NCBI GenBank assembly: GCA_002269645.1
Contig: NIVC01000619.1
Coordinates: 124,001-188,000, forward strand
DNA length: 64,000 nt
Direction: 5' to 3'
Origin: Macrostomum lignano
Taxonomy: Eukaryota
Below are positions 1-13,080 of the stretch, in pieces (the stretch's first letter is position 1; every line of letters starts with the position of its first letter). The position numbers were made by a program, and so were the translations under genes. Below the pieces are notes generated by a model that saw only the letters and a program-made list of their open reading frames with translations, made no database searches and had not been told where the DNA came from.

Positions 1-772
1 TTTTTAAATGACGCTTCTACGATTTTTTACATGACGCTCCTATGATTTTTTACATGACGCTTCTATGATTGTTTACATGACGCTTCTATGATTGTTTACA
101 TGGCGCTTCTATGATTGTTTACATGACGCTTGTATGATTTTTACATGACGCTTCTTTTTAAAAAGTCTTTTAGTTTTCCTGACGTTGAAAAGCTTTAATT
201 AAAAAAATTATACTCTATGAAAATTCGAACCAAACTGCATTTAGCAGTTCAGTTTGTTCACCTCTAGGCTAGCTCTCATCGTTTTGATAACATCAAATTT
301 TGCACTTATATAATTCAACACTTGAAAATCCAAGCATAGAGTAAATCACACGAAGCAGTTATGACATAATCTGTTTCTCAGTCAGTCAGTATCAGTTAAC
401 AATTTGGTTACGCAATTTAAATCAAGTCTGGTGCTACACTTCCACACTGCATTTTCAATTCAAGTCGGAGTTACAATTCAGTTATGATGCAATCTATTTC
501 AGAATCAGAATTCAACCAGTCAGTTTTTTCTCTAGCATTCTTACAATGCATTTCAAGTCGAAAAGTTTGCTTGACCTTTGCAAAAAAGCATGTTTTTCGA
601 ATATTTAATCCCTTTAACATGAAGCAATTTCTTAGTCAAGATGCATGTACCGTCACGGGAAAATTTCTGATCGAACAGTGCAAGTCTCATGAAAATCGGT
701 TAAGCCATTTTTTCTCTAATCGATTACAAGCAAGCAAGCAAGCAAGAGTTTCATTTCTCATGATTTCATGGA
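1..772 (-). mobile_element. Divergent non-autonomous Helitron-like element (unit D), runs off the window
   Basis: Body 200-720 is homologous to units A-C. On the minus strand it starts A|TCCATGAAATC at 772, has a (CTTG)n tract, a degenerate tRNA-like block at ~215-277 and its own ~22-bp minisatellite at 1-160. Confidence 0.55.
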
Positions 773-879
773 TAGAATCTCTGCTCTCTACAAGTAACAA
801 AAAGACACCCAAATAAAGCCTTCACAAAGATGACAGACAAACTGCTCAAATAAAGTGTAATACAAAAAGAAATCATCCC

Positions 880-1135
880 AAGACAGCAAGCATTCCCCAG
901 ATAGCAAGCATCCCCCAGATTGCAAGCATCCCCCAGATAGCAAGCATCCCCCAGATTGCAAGCATCCCCCAGATAGCAAGCATCCCCCAGATTGCAAGCA
1001 TCACCCAGATAGCAAGCATCCCCCAGATTGCAAGCATCCCTTAGATAGCAAGCATCCCCCAGATAGGAAGCATCCCCCCTCCCGGATAGCAAGCATCCCC
1101 CAGATAGCAAGCATCTCCAAATAGTAAGCATCCAC
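880..1135. repeat. Minisatellite ~18-19 bp (GATAGCAAGCATCCCCCA) in Helitron; also ~2640-3170, ~6225-6540, and inverted at ~38735-39035
   Basis: Direct reading of tandem units. Confidence 0.9.
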
Positions 1136-1239
1136 CATACAATAAGTAGCTAGTGCTACAATTTCCTTAGCTCTATAGTGGCTCCTTTAAAATTAGCATG
1201 ACGCTTACTTTTACGTTTGAAATTGTGTAAATTTTATGT

Positions 1240-1910
1240 TTGACATGGTGGCTCTTTAATGATTGACATGGTGGCTCTTTTATGTTTGACATGGTGGCTC
1301 TTTTATGTTTGACATGATGGCACTTTTATGTTTGACATGGAGTCACATATATGTTAGACATGGTGGCTCTTTAATGTTTGACATGATGGCTCTTTTATGT
1401 TTCACATGGTGGCTCTTTAATGTTTTGACATGGTGGCTCTTTAAATGTTTGACATGGTGGCTGTTTTATGTTTGACATGGTGGCTCTTTTATGTTTGACA
1501 TGGTGGCTCTTTAATGTTAGACATGGTGGCTCTTTATTGTTTGACCTGGTGGCACCTTAATGTAATGATGGCTCTTTAATGTTTGAAATTGTGGCTCTTT
1601 AATGTTGGACGTGGTGGCTCTATAATGTTCGACATGGTGGCTCTTTAATTTTTGACATGGTGGCTCTTTAATGTTCGACATGGTGGCTCTTTAATGATAG
1701 ACATGGTGGCTCTTTAATGTTCGACATGGTGGCTCTTTAATGTTAGACATGGGGGCTCTTTAATGTTAGACATGATGGCTTTTTAATGTTCGACATGGTG
1801 GCTCTTTAATGTTTGACATGATGGCTCTTTTATGTTTGACATGGAGTCACATATATGTTTGATATGGTGGCTCTTTAATGTTAGACATTGCGGCTCTTTA
1901 ATGTTTGACA
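1240..1910. repeat. Minisatellite ~21-23 bp (CATGGTGGCTCTTTAATGTTTGA), unit C
   Basis: Tandem units visible. Confidence 0.95.
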
Positions 1911-2521
1911 GTGTGCTTTTTTGTGTTTAGCATTTTGTGTTTTTAAGGTTTTTGAATAAAAAAATCTTTTTGCACTACTAAGATTCGAACCCAGGTCGCT
2001 GCATTAGCAGTCCAGTCTTTTCGCATCTATGCTATCTCTTGTCAATCGGAGAACATGAATTGTGGCCCTTATAATTCAATTCTTATAGCAAATCGGTTAG
2101 AGTAAAAAGTTATGACATAATCAATTTCTCAGTCAGCCAAAATCAGTCTCAATTTAAGTTGGCAATATGGTTACGCAATTTCATTCAAGTCGTGTGTGCA
2201 TTGCTTTGACACTGTTTTCAACTTGTTGTGATGCAATCTTTAGCACAATCGGAATTCAGTCAGTCAGTTTTTTCTCTAGCATTCTTACAATGCATTTCAA
2301 GTCGAAAATTTGGCTTGACCTTTGCAAAAAAGCATGTTTTTCGAATATTTAATCCCTTTAACATTGAGCAATTTCTTAGCCAAGATGCATGTACCGTCCC
2401 AGGAAAATTTCTGATCGAATGGTGAAAGTTTGAAGAAAATCGGTTGAGCCAATTTTTCTGAAATCAATCGCATACCCATATACATACATACATACAGACA
2501 ACTCATTTTTAGTATATAGGA

Positions 2522-5500
2522 CTAGCAATCTTCGCCCCCCGATGGGGGACATCTAAATAGAATATCTGTTCTCTAAAAGTAACAAAAAGACAGCGAAATA
2601 AAGCTTTCACAAAGACAACAGACATTCCATCTGTAAAGAAAACATCCCCAGAAAGCATGCAAGCATCTCCCAGATAGCATGCAAGCATCTCCCAGATAGC
2701 AAGCATCCCCAAATAGCAAGAATCCCCAGATAGCAAGCATCCCCAGACAGCATGCAAGCATCTTCCAGATAGCAAGCATCCCCAGATAGCAAGCATCCCC
2801 AGACAGCATGCAAGCATCTCCCAGATAGCACGAATCCCCCAGATATAGCAAGCATCCCCAGACAGCACGCAAGCATCCCCCAGATAGCAAGAATCCCCCA
2901 GATAGCAAGCATCCCCAGACAGCATGCAAGCATCCCCCAGATAGCAAGCATCTCCCAGATAGCAAGAATCGCCCAGATAGCAAGCATCCCCAGGCAGCAT
3001 GCAAGCATCCCCAGACAGCATGCAAGCATCCCCAGACAGCATGCAAGCATCCCCAGACAGCATGCAAGCATCCCCAGACAGCATGCAAGCATCCCCAGAC
3101 AGCATGCAAGCATCCCCAGACAGCATGCAAGCATCCCCAGACAGCATGCAACCATCCCCCAGATAGCAAGCCTGCCTGCTCTTTAATGTTTGACATGGTG
3201 GATCTTTAATGTTTGACATGGAGTAATGTATATGCTTGACGTGGTGGTTCTTTTATGGTTGACATGGTAGCTTTTTTATGTTTGACATGGCGGCTCTTTT
3301 ATGTTTGGCATGGTGGCTCTTTTATGTTCGACATGGTGGCTCAATAATGTTCGACATGGTGGCTCTTTGATGTTTGACATGGTAGTTCTTTTATGTTTGA
3401 TTTGGTGGCTCTTTTATGTTTGGCATGGTGGCTCTTTAATGTCTGACATGGTGGCTCAATAATGTTCGACATGGTGGCTCTTTTATGTTTGACATGCTGG
3501 CTCTTTAATGTTTGACATGGTGGCTCTTTAATGTTTGGCATGGTGGCTCTTTAATGTTTGACATGGTGACTCTTTTATGTTTGACATGGAGTAATGTATA
3601 TGCTTGACGTGGTGGTTCTTTTATGGTTGACATGGTGGCTCTTTTATGTTCGACATGGTGGCTCTTTTATGTTTGGCATGGTGGCTCTTTAATGTTTGGC
3701 ATGGTGGCTCTTTAATGTTTGACATGGTGGCTCTTTAATATTTGACATGGTGGCCCTTTTATGTTCGACATGGTGGCTCTTCAATGTTTGACATGGTACC
3801 TCTTTTATGTTCGACATAGTGGCTCTTTAATGTTTTACATGGTGGCTCTTTAATGTTTGACATGGTGACTCTTTTATGTTCTTCATGGTAGATCTTTTAT
3901 GTTTGACATGGTGGCTCTTTAATGTTCGACATGGTGGCTCTTTACTTTACTTTTCGAAATGGTGGCTCTGTTTTATGTTTGACATGGTGGCTCTTTAATG
4001 TTCGACATAGTGGCTGTTTTATGTTTGATATGATGGCTCTTTAATGTTCGACATGGTGGCTCTTTAATGTTTGACATGGTAGTTCTTTTATGTTTGATAT
4101 GGTGTCTGTTTTATGTTTGACATGGTGGCTCTTTAATGTTCGACATGGTGGCTCTTTAATGTTTGACATGGTAGTTCTTTTATGTTTGATATGGTGGCTC
4201 TTTTATGTTCGACATGGTGGCTCTTTAATGTTCGACATGGTGGCTCTTTTAGGTTTGAAATGGTGGCTCTTTTGTGTTTGACATTGTGGCTCTTTAATGT
4301 TTGACATGGTGGCTCTTCTATGTTTGACATGGGAGCACTTTAATCTTCGACATGGTGGCTCTTTAAGTTTTGACATTGTGGCTCTTTAATGTTTGATATG
4401 GTGGCTCTTTTATGTTTGACATTGTGGCTCTTTAATGTTTGATATGGTGGTTCTTTTATGGTTGACATGGTGGCTTTTTTATGTTTGACATGTTGGCTCT
4501 TTTATGTTTGGCATGGTGGCTCTTTTATGTTCGACATGGTGGCTCTTTTATGTTTGACATGGTGGCTCTTTTATGTTCGACATGTTGGCTCTTTTATGTT
4601 TGGCATGGTGGCTCTTTAATGTCTGACATGGTGGCTCAATAATGTTCGACATGGTGGCTCTTTTATGTTTGACATGCTGGCTCTTTAGTGTTTGACATGC
4701 TGGCTCTTTAATGTTTGACATGGGGGTTTGACTGGTGGCTCTTTATGTTTGACATGGTGGCTCTTTAATGTTTTACATGGTGGCTCTTAATGTTTGACAT
4801 GGTGGCCCTTTTATGTTCGACATGGTGGCTCTTTAATGTTTGACATGGTGGCTCTCTTATTTCGACATGGTGGCTCTTTAATGTTTTACATGGTGGCTCT
4901 TTAATGTTTGACATGGTGACTCTTTTATGTTCGACATGGTGGCTCTTTAATGTTCGACATGGTGGCTCTTTAATGTTTGACATGGTGGCTCTTTAATGTT
5001 CGACATGGTGGCTTTTTATGTTCGACATGGTGGCTCTTTAATGTTCTTAATGGTGTCTGTTTTATGTTTGACATGGTGGCTTTTTAATGTTCGACATGGT
5101 GTCTTTTTAATGTTTTAATGGTGGCTTTTTAATGTTCGACATGGTGGCTCTTTAATGTTCTTAATGGTGTCTTTTTTGTTTGACATGGTGGCTCTTTTAA
5201 TGTTTGACATGGTGGCTCTTTAATGTTTTACATGGTGGCTCTTTAATGTTTCGACATGGTGGCTCTTTAATGTTCGACATGGTGGCTCTTTAATGTTTTA
5301 CATGGTGGCTCTTTAATGTTTCGACATGGTGGCTCTTTAATGTTCGACATGGTGGCTCTTTAATGTTTGATAAGGTGGCTCTTTAATGTTCGACACGGTG
5401 GCTCTTTAATGTTCTTAATGGTAACGTTGTCCGAAATGGTGGCTCTTTTATGTTTGACATGGTGGCTCTTGTATGTTTGACATTGCGCTTCTTTTATGTT

Positions 5501-6085
5501 TAGCAGTTTTTGTTTTTAAGGTGTTTTAATAAAAAAATCATTTTGCGCTACCAAGATTCGAACCCAGGTCGCTGCATTAGCAGTCCAGTCTGTTCGCATC
5601 TAGGCTATCTTTTTTCAATTGGAGCACATGAATTGTGGCCCTTATAATTCAATTCTTACAGCAAGTCGGTTAGAGTAAAAATTTATGACATAATCAATTT
5701 CTCAGTCAGCCAGTATCAGTCTTAATTTAAGTTAGCAATATTGTTACGCAATTTTAATCAAGTCTTGTGTGCGTTTCTGTGGCACTGTTTTCACCTTGTT
5801 GTGATGCAATCTTTATCACAATTGAAATTCAGCCAGTCAGTTTTTTCTTAGCATTCTTACAATGCATTTCAAGTCGAAATTTTTGCTTGACCTTTGCAAA
5901 AAAGCATGTTTTTCGAATATTTAATCCCTTTAAAATTGAGCAATTTCTTAGCCAAGATGCATGTACCGTCCCAGGAAAATTTCTGATCAAATGGTGCAAG
6001 TTTAAAGAAAATCGGTTGAGCCATTTTTTCCGAAATCTATCGCATACCTACCCACATACAGACAACTCATTTTTAGTATATAAGA
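2522..6085 (-). mobile_element. Non-autonomous Helitron-like element (unit B)
   Basis: 5' TCTTATATACTAAAAATGAG at 6085; 3' GC hairpin CCCCC-ATC-GGGGG then CTAG at 2525-2522, directly abutting the TC of unit C. Confidence 0.8.
3180..5480. repeat. Same minisatellite expanded to ~2.3 kb, unit B
   Basis: Tandem units visible. Confidence 0.95.
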
Positions 6086-6639
6086 CTAGCAATCTTCGCC
6101 CCCCGATGGGGGACATCTGGATAGAATCTCTGTTCTCTACAAGTAACAAAAAAACAGCTAAAAATCCTTCAAAAAGACAACAGACAAACTGCTCAAATGA
6201 AGTGCATTGCAAAAAGAAATCATCCCAAGACCGCAAGCATCCCCAAGATAGCAAGCATCCCCCAGATAGCAAGCATCCCCCAGATAGCAAGCATCCCCCG
6301 GATAGCAAGCATCCCCCAGAAAGCAAGCATCCCCCAGATAGCAAGCATCCCTCAGATAGCAAGCATCCCCCAGATAGCAAGCATCCCCCAGATAGCAAGC
6401 ATCCCCAGATAGCAAGCATCCCTCAGATAGCAAGCATCCCCCAGATAGCAAGCATCCCCCAGATAGCAAGCATCCCCCAGATAGCAAGCATCCCCAAGAT
6501 AGCAAGCATCCCCAAGATAGATAGCATCCCCAAATAGTAAGCATCCACCAGACAATAAGTAGCTAGTGCGACAATTTCCTTAGCATTATAGCGGCTCCTT
6601 TAAAATTCGCTTACTTTTACGTTTGAAATTGTGTATCTT

Positions 6640-9600
6640 TTATGTTTAACAAGGTGCCTCTTTTATGTTATACATTGTGGCTCTTTTATGTTATACATTG
6701 TGGCTCTTTTTTGTTCTACGCTCGTACATGGTAACTCTTTTATGTTTGATACGGTGGCTTTTCAATGTCTGACATGGTGGCTCTTCTATGTTTGACATGG
6801 GGCTCCTCTTTGTTTGACATGGGGGCTCTTCTATGTTTGACATGGGAGCTCTTCTATGTTTGACAAAGTGGCTTTTTAATGTTTGACATGGTGGCTCTAT
6901 TATGTTTGACATGGTGGCTCTATTATGTTTGACATGGTGGCTCTTTAATGTTCAAAAAGGTGGCTCTTTTATGTTTGACATGGTGGCTCTTTAATGTTTG
7001 ACATGGTGGCTCTTTAATGTTTGACATGGTGGCTCTTTAATGTTAGACAAAGTAGCTCTTTAATGTTTGACATGATGGCTCTTAAATGTTAGACATGGTG
7101 GCTCTTTACTTTTTGACATGGTGGCTCTTTAATGTTGGACATGGTGGCTTTTTAATGTTAGACATGGTGGCTCTTTAATGTTCGACATAAAGTCACTTAT
7201 ATGTTTGACATGGTGGCTCTTTAATGTTTGACATGGTAGCTCTTTTATGTTCGACATGGTGGCTCTTTTATGTTCGAAATGGTGTCGCTTCAATGTTTGA
7301 CATGGAGTTACGTATATGTTTTACATGGTGGCTCTTTTATGTTCGACATGGTGGCTCTTTAATGTTTGACATGGGGTCTCTTCAATGTTTGACATGGAGT
7401 TACGTATATGTTTGACATGGTGGCTCTTTAATGTTTTACATGGTGGCACTTTCATGTTTGACCTGGAGGCTCTTTAATATTTGACATGGTGGCTCTTTTA
7501 TCTTTGACATGGTGGCTCTGTAATGTTCGACATGGAGTCATGTATATGTTTCACATGGTAGCTCTTAAATGTTCGACATGGTGGCTCTTTAATGTTCAAC
7601 ATGGAGTCATGTATATGTTTGACATGGTGGCTCTTAAATGTTCGACATAGTGGCTCTATAATGTTTGATATGGTGGCTCTTCAATGTTTGACATGGTGGC
7701 TCTTTAATGATCGACATGGCGTCATGTATATGTTTGACATGGTAGCTCTTGAATGTTCAACATGGAGTCATGTATATGTTTTACATGGTGGCTCTTAAAT
7801 GTTCGACATGGTGGCTCTTTAATGTTTGACATAGTGTCTCTTTAATGTTTGACATGGAGTCATGTATATGTTTGCCATGGTGGCTCTTTAATGTTAGACA
7901 TGGTGGCTCTTTTATGTTTTGCATGGTGGCTCTTTTATGTTCGACATGGTGTCTCTTCAATGTTTGACATGGCGTCATGTATATGTTTTACATGGATGCT
8001 CTTGTATTTTTAACATGTTGACTCTTTAATGTTCGAAATGGTGGCTCTTAATTGCCTAACATGGAGTCACGTATATGTTTGACATGGAGTCATGCATATG
8101 CCTGATATGGTAGCTCTTTAATGTTTTACATGGAGTCACGTATATGTTTCACATGTTGGCTATTTTATGTTTGACATGGTGGTTCTTAAATGTTCGACAT
8201 GGTGGCTCTTTAATGTTTTACATGGTGGCACTTTCATGTTTGACCTGGTGGCTCTTTAATGTTTGACATGGTGGCTCTTTAATATTTGACATGGTGGCCC
8301 TTTTATGTTCGACATGGTGGCTCTTCAATGTTTGACATGGAGTCATGTATATGTTTGACCTGGTGGCTCTTTAATGTTTGACATGGTGGCTCTTTAATGT
8401 TTTACATGGTGGCACTTTCATGTTTGACCTGGTGGCTCTTTAATGTTCGACATGGTCGCTCTTTAATGTTCGACATGGTGGCCCTTTAATGTTCGACATG
8501 GTGTCGCTTCAATGTTTGACATGGAGTTACGTATATGTTTTACATGGTGGCTCTTTTATGTTCGACATGGCGTCATGTATATGTTTGACATGGTAGCTCT
8601 TGAATGTTCAACATGGAGTCATGTATATGTTTGACATGGTAGCTCTTGAATGTTCAACATGGAGTCATGTATATGTTTGACATGGTGGCTCTTAAATGTT
8701 CGACATGGTGGCTCTTTAATGTTTGACATGGAGTCATGTATATGTTTGACATGGTAGCTCTTGAGTGTTCGACATAGAGTCATGTATATGTTTGCCATGG
8801 TGGCTCTTTAATGTTAGACATGGTGGCTCTTTTATGTTTTGCATGGTGGCTCTTTTATGTTCGACATGGTGTCTCTTCAATGTTTGACATGGAGTCATGT
8901 ATATGTTTGACATGGTGGCTCTTGTATTTTTAACATGTTGGCTCTTTAATGTTCGACATGGTGGCTCTTTAATGTCTAACATGGAGTCATGTATATGTTT
9001 GACATGGAGTCATGTATATGTCTGATATGGTAGCTCTTTAATGTTTTACATGGAGTCACGTATATGTTTCACATGGTGGCTATTTTATGTTTGACTTGGT
9101 GGTTCTTAAATGTTCGACATGGTGGCTCTTTAATGTGTTACATGGTGGCACTTTCATGTTTGACCTGGTGGCTCTTTAATGTTTTACATATAGTGTCTCT
9201 TTAATGTTTGACATGGAGTCATGTATATGTTTGACATGGTAGCTCTTGAATGTTCGACATAGAGTCATGTATATGTTTGCCATGGTGGCTCTTTAATGTT
9301 AGACATGGTGGCACTTTCATGTTTGACCTGGTGGCTCTTTAATGTTTGACATGGTGGCTCTTTAATATTTGACATGGTGGCCCTTTAATATTTGACATGG
9401 TGGCCCTTTAATGTTCGACATGGTGGCTCTTCAATGTTCGACATGGTGGCTCTTTTAGGTTTGAAATGGTGGCTCTTAAATGTTTGACATGGTGGCTTTT
9501 TAATGTTCGACATGGCGTCATGTATATGTTTCACATGGTAGCTCTTGAATGTTCAACATGGAGTCATGTATATGTTGGACATGGTGGCTCTTTAATGTTC

Positions 9601-9770
9601 GACATGGTGGATCTTTAATGGTCGACATGGTGGCTCTTTAATGTTCGACATGGTAGCTGTTTAATGTTCGACATGGTGTCTCTTTAATGGTCGACATGGT
9701 GGCTCTTTAATGGTCGACATGGTGGCTCTTTAATGTTTGACATGGTGGCTCTTTAATGTTTGACATTGTG
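6640..9770. repeat. Same minisatellite expanded to ~3.1 kb, with interspersed CATGGAGTCATGTATATGTTTGA variant, unit A
   Basis: Tandem units visible. Confidence 0.95.
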
Positions 9771-9825
9771 CTTTTTTGTGTTTAGCATTTTGTGTTTTTA
9801 AGGTTTTTGAATAAAAAAATCTTTT

Positions 9826-9893
9826 TGCACTACTAAGATTCGAACCCAGATCGCTGCATTAGCAGTCCAGTCTGTTCGCATCTATGCTATCTC
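9826..9893 (-). ncRNA. tRNA-like Pol III cassette (Ser-GCT-like loop) inside the Helitron; further copies at ~1971-2040, ~5546-5610 (-) and ~37754-37820 (+)
   Basis: A-box-like TAGC(A/C)TAGATGC, stem-loop CTGGA-CTGCTAA-TGCAG, B-box GGTTCGAATC, oligo-T run just downstream. The acceptor stem does not pair, so it is not a functional tRNA. Confidence 0.6.
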
Positions 9894-10369
9894 TTTTCAA
9901 TTGGAGATCATGAATTGTGGCCCTTATAATTAAATTCTTATAGCAAATCGGTTAGAGTAAAAAGTTATGACATAATCAATTTCTCAGTCAGCCAGTATCA
10001 GTGTCAATTCAAGTTAGCAATATTGTTACGCAATTTAAATCAAGTTTTGTGTGCATTTGTTCGGCACTGTTTTCAACTGGTTGTGATGTAATCTTTATCA
10101 CAATTGGAATTCAGTCAGTCAGTTTTTTCTCTAGCATTCTTACAATGCATTTCAGGTCGAAAGAGCTGCTTGACCTTTGCAAAAAAGCATGTTTTTCGAA
10201 TATTTAATCCCTTTAATATTGAGCAATTTCTTAGCCAAGATGCATGTACCGTCCCAGGAAAATTTCTGATCGAATGGTGCAAGTTTGAAGAAAATCGGTT
10301 GAGCCATTTTTTCCGAAATCTATCGCATACCTACCCACATACAGACAACTCATTTTTAGTATATAGGAT

Positions 10370-10705
10370 TTAAAGGCAGAATATGAAATGAAGCGTTTAA
10401 TAGAAAAGGCTGAATATGAAAAAAGAATAGCAGAATTAGAAAAAAACCAAAAGAAACCCACACGTCGGAAACCGCGGAATAAATCGGATGAAAAACCATT
10501 AGAAGAGTTTATTAGGGTTTATCGATTTGAACAAATGCAGAATGTCCTAGATTTTATTGAAACCCAACTTTCAAACGGATATAGTGTTGAAATTACTAAT
10601 GCGAGGGTACAATATTTTTATAACAAAACCGGCGATGATCGCGAAGAGATAAATCAATACTTAGCAACATTTTATAATATAAGTCAGTTTCTAAGTCAGT
10701 ATATT
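10370..10705 (+). pseudogene. AT-rich intronless ORF remnant (LKAEYEMKRLIEKAEYEKRIAELEKNQKK...), cut on the left by the Helitron array and running into a minisatellite on the right
   Basis: Frame of ORF 10388 stays open upstream to the Helitron junction; coiled-coil-like, Lys/Glu-rich; no family recognised. Confidence 0.35.
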
Positions 10706-11390
10706 ACTACTATAGTCAGCATCTGGTCACTTCTATGGTCAGCGTCTGGTCACTTCTATCGTCAGCATCTGGTCACTTCTATCGTCAGCATCTGGTCACT
10801 TCTAGGGTCAGCGTCTGGTCACTTCTATGGTCAGCGTCGGGTCACTTCTATGGTCAGCGTCTGGTCACTTCTACGGTCAGCGTCTGGTCACTTCTATGGT
10901 CAGCGTCTGATCACTTCAATGGTCAGCATCTGGTCACTTCTATGGTCAGCGTCGGGTCACTTCTATGGTCAGCGTCTGGTCACTTCTATGGTCAGCGTCT
11001 GGTCACTTCTTGGTCAGCGTCGGGTCACTTCTATGGTCAGCGTCTGGTCACTTCTACGGTCAGCGTCTGGTCACTTCTATGGTCAGCGTCTGGTCACTTC
11101 TATGGTCAGCGTCTGATCACTTCTATGGTCAGCATCTGGTCACTTCTATGGTCAGCATCTGGTCACTTCTATGGTCAGCATCTGGTCACTCTATAGTCAG
11201 CATCTGGTCACTTCTATGGTCAGCGTCTGGTCACTTCTATCGTCAGCATCTGGTTACTTCTATAGTCAGCATCTGGTCACTTCTATGGTCAGCGTCTGGT
11301 CACTTCTATGGTCAGCATCTGGTCACTCTATAGTCAGCATCTGGTCACTTCTATAGTCAGCATCTGGTCACTTGATAGTCAGCGTCTGGT
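10700..11390. repeat. 23-bp minisatellite (GGTCAGCGTCTGGTCACTTCTAT)
   Basis: Tandem units; 23-aa periodicity in translation. Confidence 0.95.
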
Positions 11391-12310
11391 CTCTGCTTTT
11401 TATCACCCAGTCAACGGGTGAGATGATGATGAGGCAGCATAAATCGAGTCAGGGCGAGGCGATGAGAAATGTCTTTTTGCACAGTCCCACTGGCCACCCC
11501 AGCAGGCGAGAGCAGCTGCAGCGCATTCCATAGTTTCGGGCTTGTATTTTCAGGAAGTAGAGGGCCCGAGTGCCGAGTTCCGCGCCTAGCAACCCGCTGT
11601 TTTATTTTTATCCTCCAGTCTCATGCAGCCGAGCAACTGACACCCAATGCCTGCCACTCAGACTCCTCAAGTGCGAACTGTGGGTGCTTGGGCCCTGCCC
11701 TGCCCCACCCCTCCCTGTTGTGCGCGGGAGCTCAAAGCCGGAGCAAATTTTCGAAGCTAATAGTTGGCACCGTTTTCACAGAACAGAGAGAAATTCCCAG
11801 GTACAGAAAGGTGGCTGAATGGAGAGGGAGAGGTGACGCCCGCTGAGTATCCGGGAGGTGCTGCAGCTCAAACACATGCAGCTTCCCCACCTGCGGTCCA
11901 GGCAGATGGGAGGCCCTCTGCAGCTTGCCTCACCTCTCCCCTCTTCATGCCTGCCTGTCCGCGTATGCACTCAGGAAATTTGATTCACTTCCTCCCTCCC
12001 GACGTCTCCCCGACCGCTTCCCTTCCAGTCCCAACTCGCGCTCCCTCACCCCTCCTCAGACCCCAGTTGAGAAACCGAGTCCCCTACTCAACTTTGTCTG
12101 GCGCGCAGGGCCGGGCCGGGGTGCCATGCCAGCCCCCGAATCGATCCGGGCTCCCGGCTTCGAGACAAATCAATGACGGAGGTCGCTGCCGCAGCCCTGA
12201 CTTGTCCTCAGATATTCGCTAACCCTCCCGACCGGCCAGGACTTGGCTTGCTATGGGAGGGTGGCCTGGGGACTTCTACTGCTATAGCCTGACTGTTGAC
12301 TGTTGCCTGG

Positions 12311-12536
<226 letters not shown>

Positions 12537-12540
12537 TCAC

Positions 12541-12779
12541 CCGCGTAGGTCTTGGGCACCATGTCGCCATAGCCAACAGTAGTCATGGTGACGATGGCCC
12601 ACCACAGTCCAATAGGGATCGAGTCGAAGGAGTTTTCCGGGTTGTACTGGATTCTCTCTGCATAGTAGATTAGCGCGGCGAACACTACGATGAACACAAT
12701 CAGAAAGAACACCAGCAGCAGCAGCTCCTTGGCCGACGCTTTGAACGTGTGAATGAGAATCTTCAGGCCGGCGATGTGC
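12541..12779 (-). CDS. Shaw: Shaw/Kv3 K+ channel coding exon 4 (S4-S5 linker, S5, pore TVGYGD)
   Basis: [25 protein letters not shown]...[21 protein letters not shown]; acceptor ttgcag|G, donor G|gtgagt; phase compatible with exon 3 (AG|G = Arg). Confidence 0.95.
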
Positions 12780-12809
12780 CTGCAATGCGGTTGAGATTGC
12801 CAAGATTAG

Positions 12810-13080
12810 ACAAGCTGAGGTGACACTGGGTGAAATTCGACAAGATGAGGTGACACTGGAAGAGATTAGACAATATGAAATGACACTGGGTGAGACTAGA
12901 CAAGTTGAGATGTCACTGGGTGAGACTAGACAAGATGAGATGACACTGGGTGAGATAAGACAGGATTGGATAGCAGTGGGTACTGGGTGAGATTAGACAA
13001 GATGAAATGACACTGGGTGAGATGAGACAGGATTGGATAGCAGTGGGTACTGGGTGAGATTAGAAAAGGTAAGGTGAGAT
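12810..13080. repeat. ~30-bp degenerate minisatellite (GATTAGACAAGATGAGATGACACTGGGTGA)
   Basis: Tandem units visible. Confidence 0.8.

Larger units (their letters stand above)
773..2521 (-). mobile_element. Non-autonomous Helitron-like element (unit C), 3' end interrupted or truncated
   Basis: 5' TCCTATATACTAAAAATGAG at 2521 (minus strand). Same internal order as units A and B; hairpin/CTAG end missing at the junction with unit D. Confidence 0.7.
6086..10368 (-). mobile_element. Non-autonomous Helitron-like element (unit A)
   Basis: A|TC 5' end at 10368; 3' hairpin + CTAG at 6089-6086 abutting unit B; no TSD. TC...hairpin-CTRR termini are the Helitron signature. Confidence 0.8.

Noticed and set aside
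1971-2040. Functional tRNA-Ser gene
   Set aside because: Acceptor stem unpaired, D-loop GG absent, embedded in a transposon.
484-10461. Many ORFs such as MSNIKEPPCQ..., GDACYL... and ...FLQCISSRK...
   Set aside because: Frames through Helitron minisatellites and its non-coding body; no Rep/helicase motifs.
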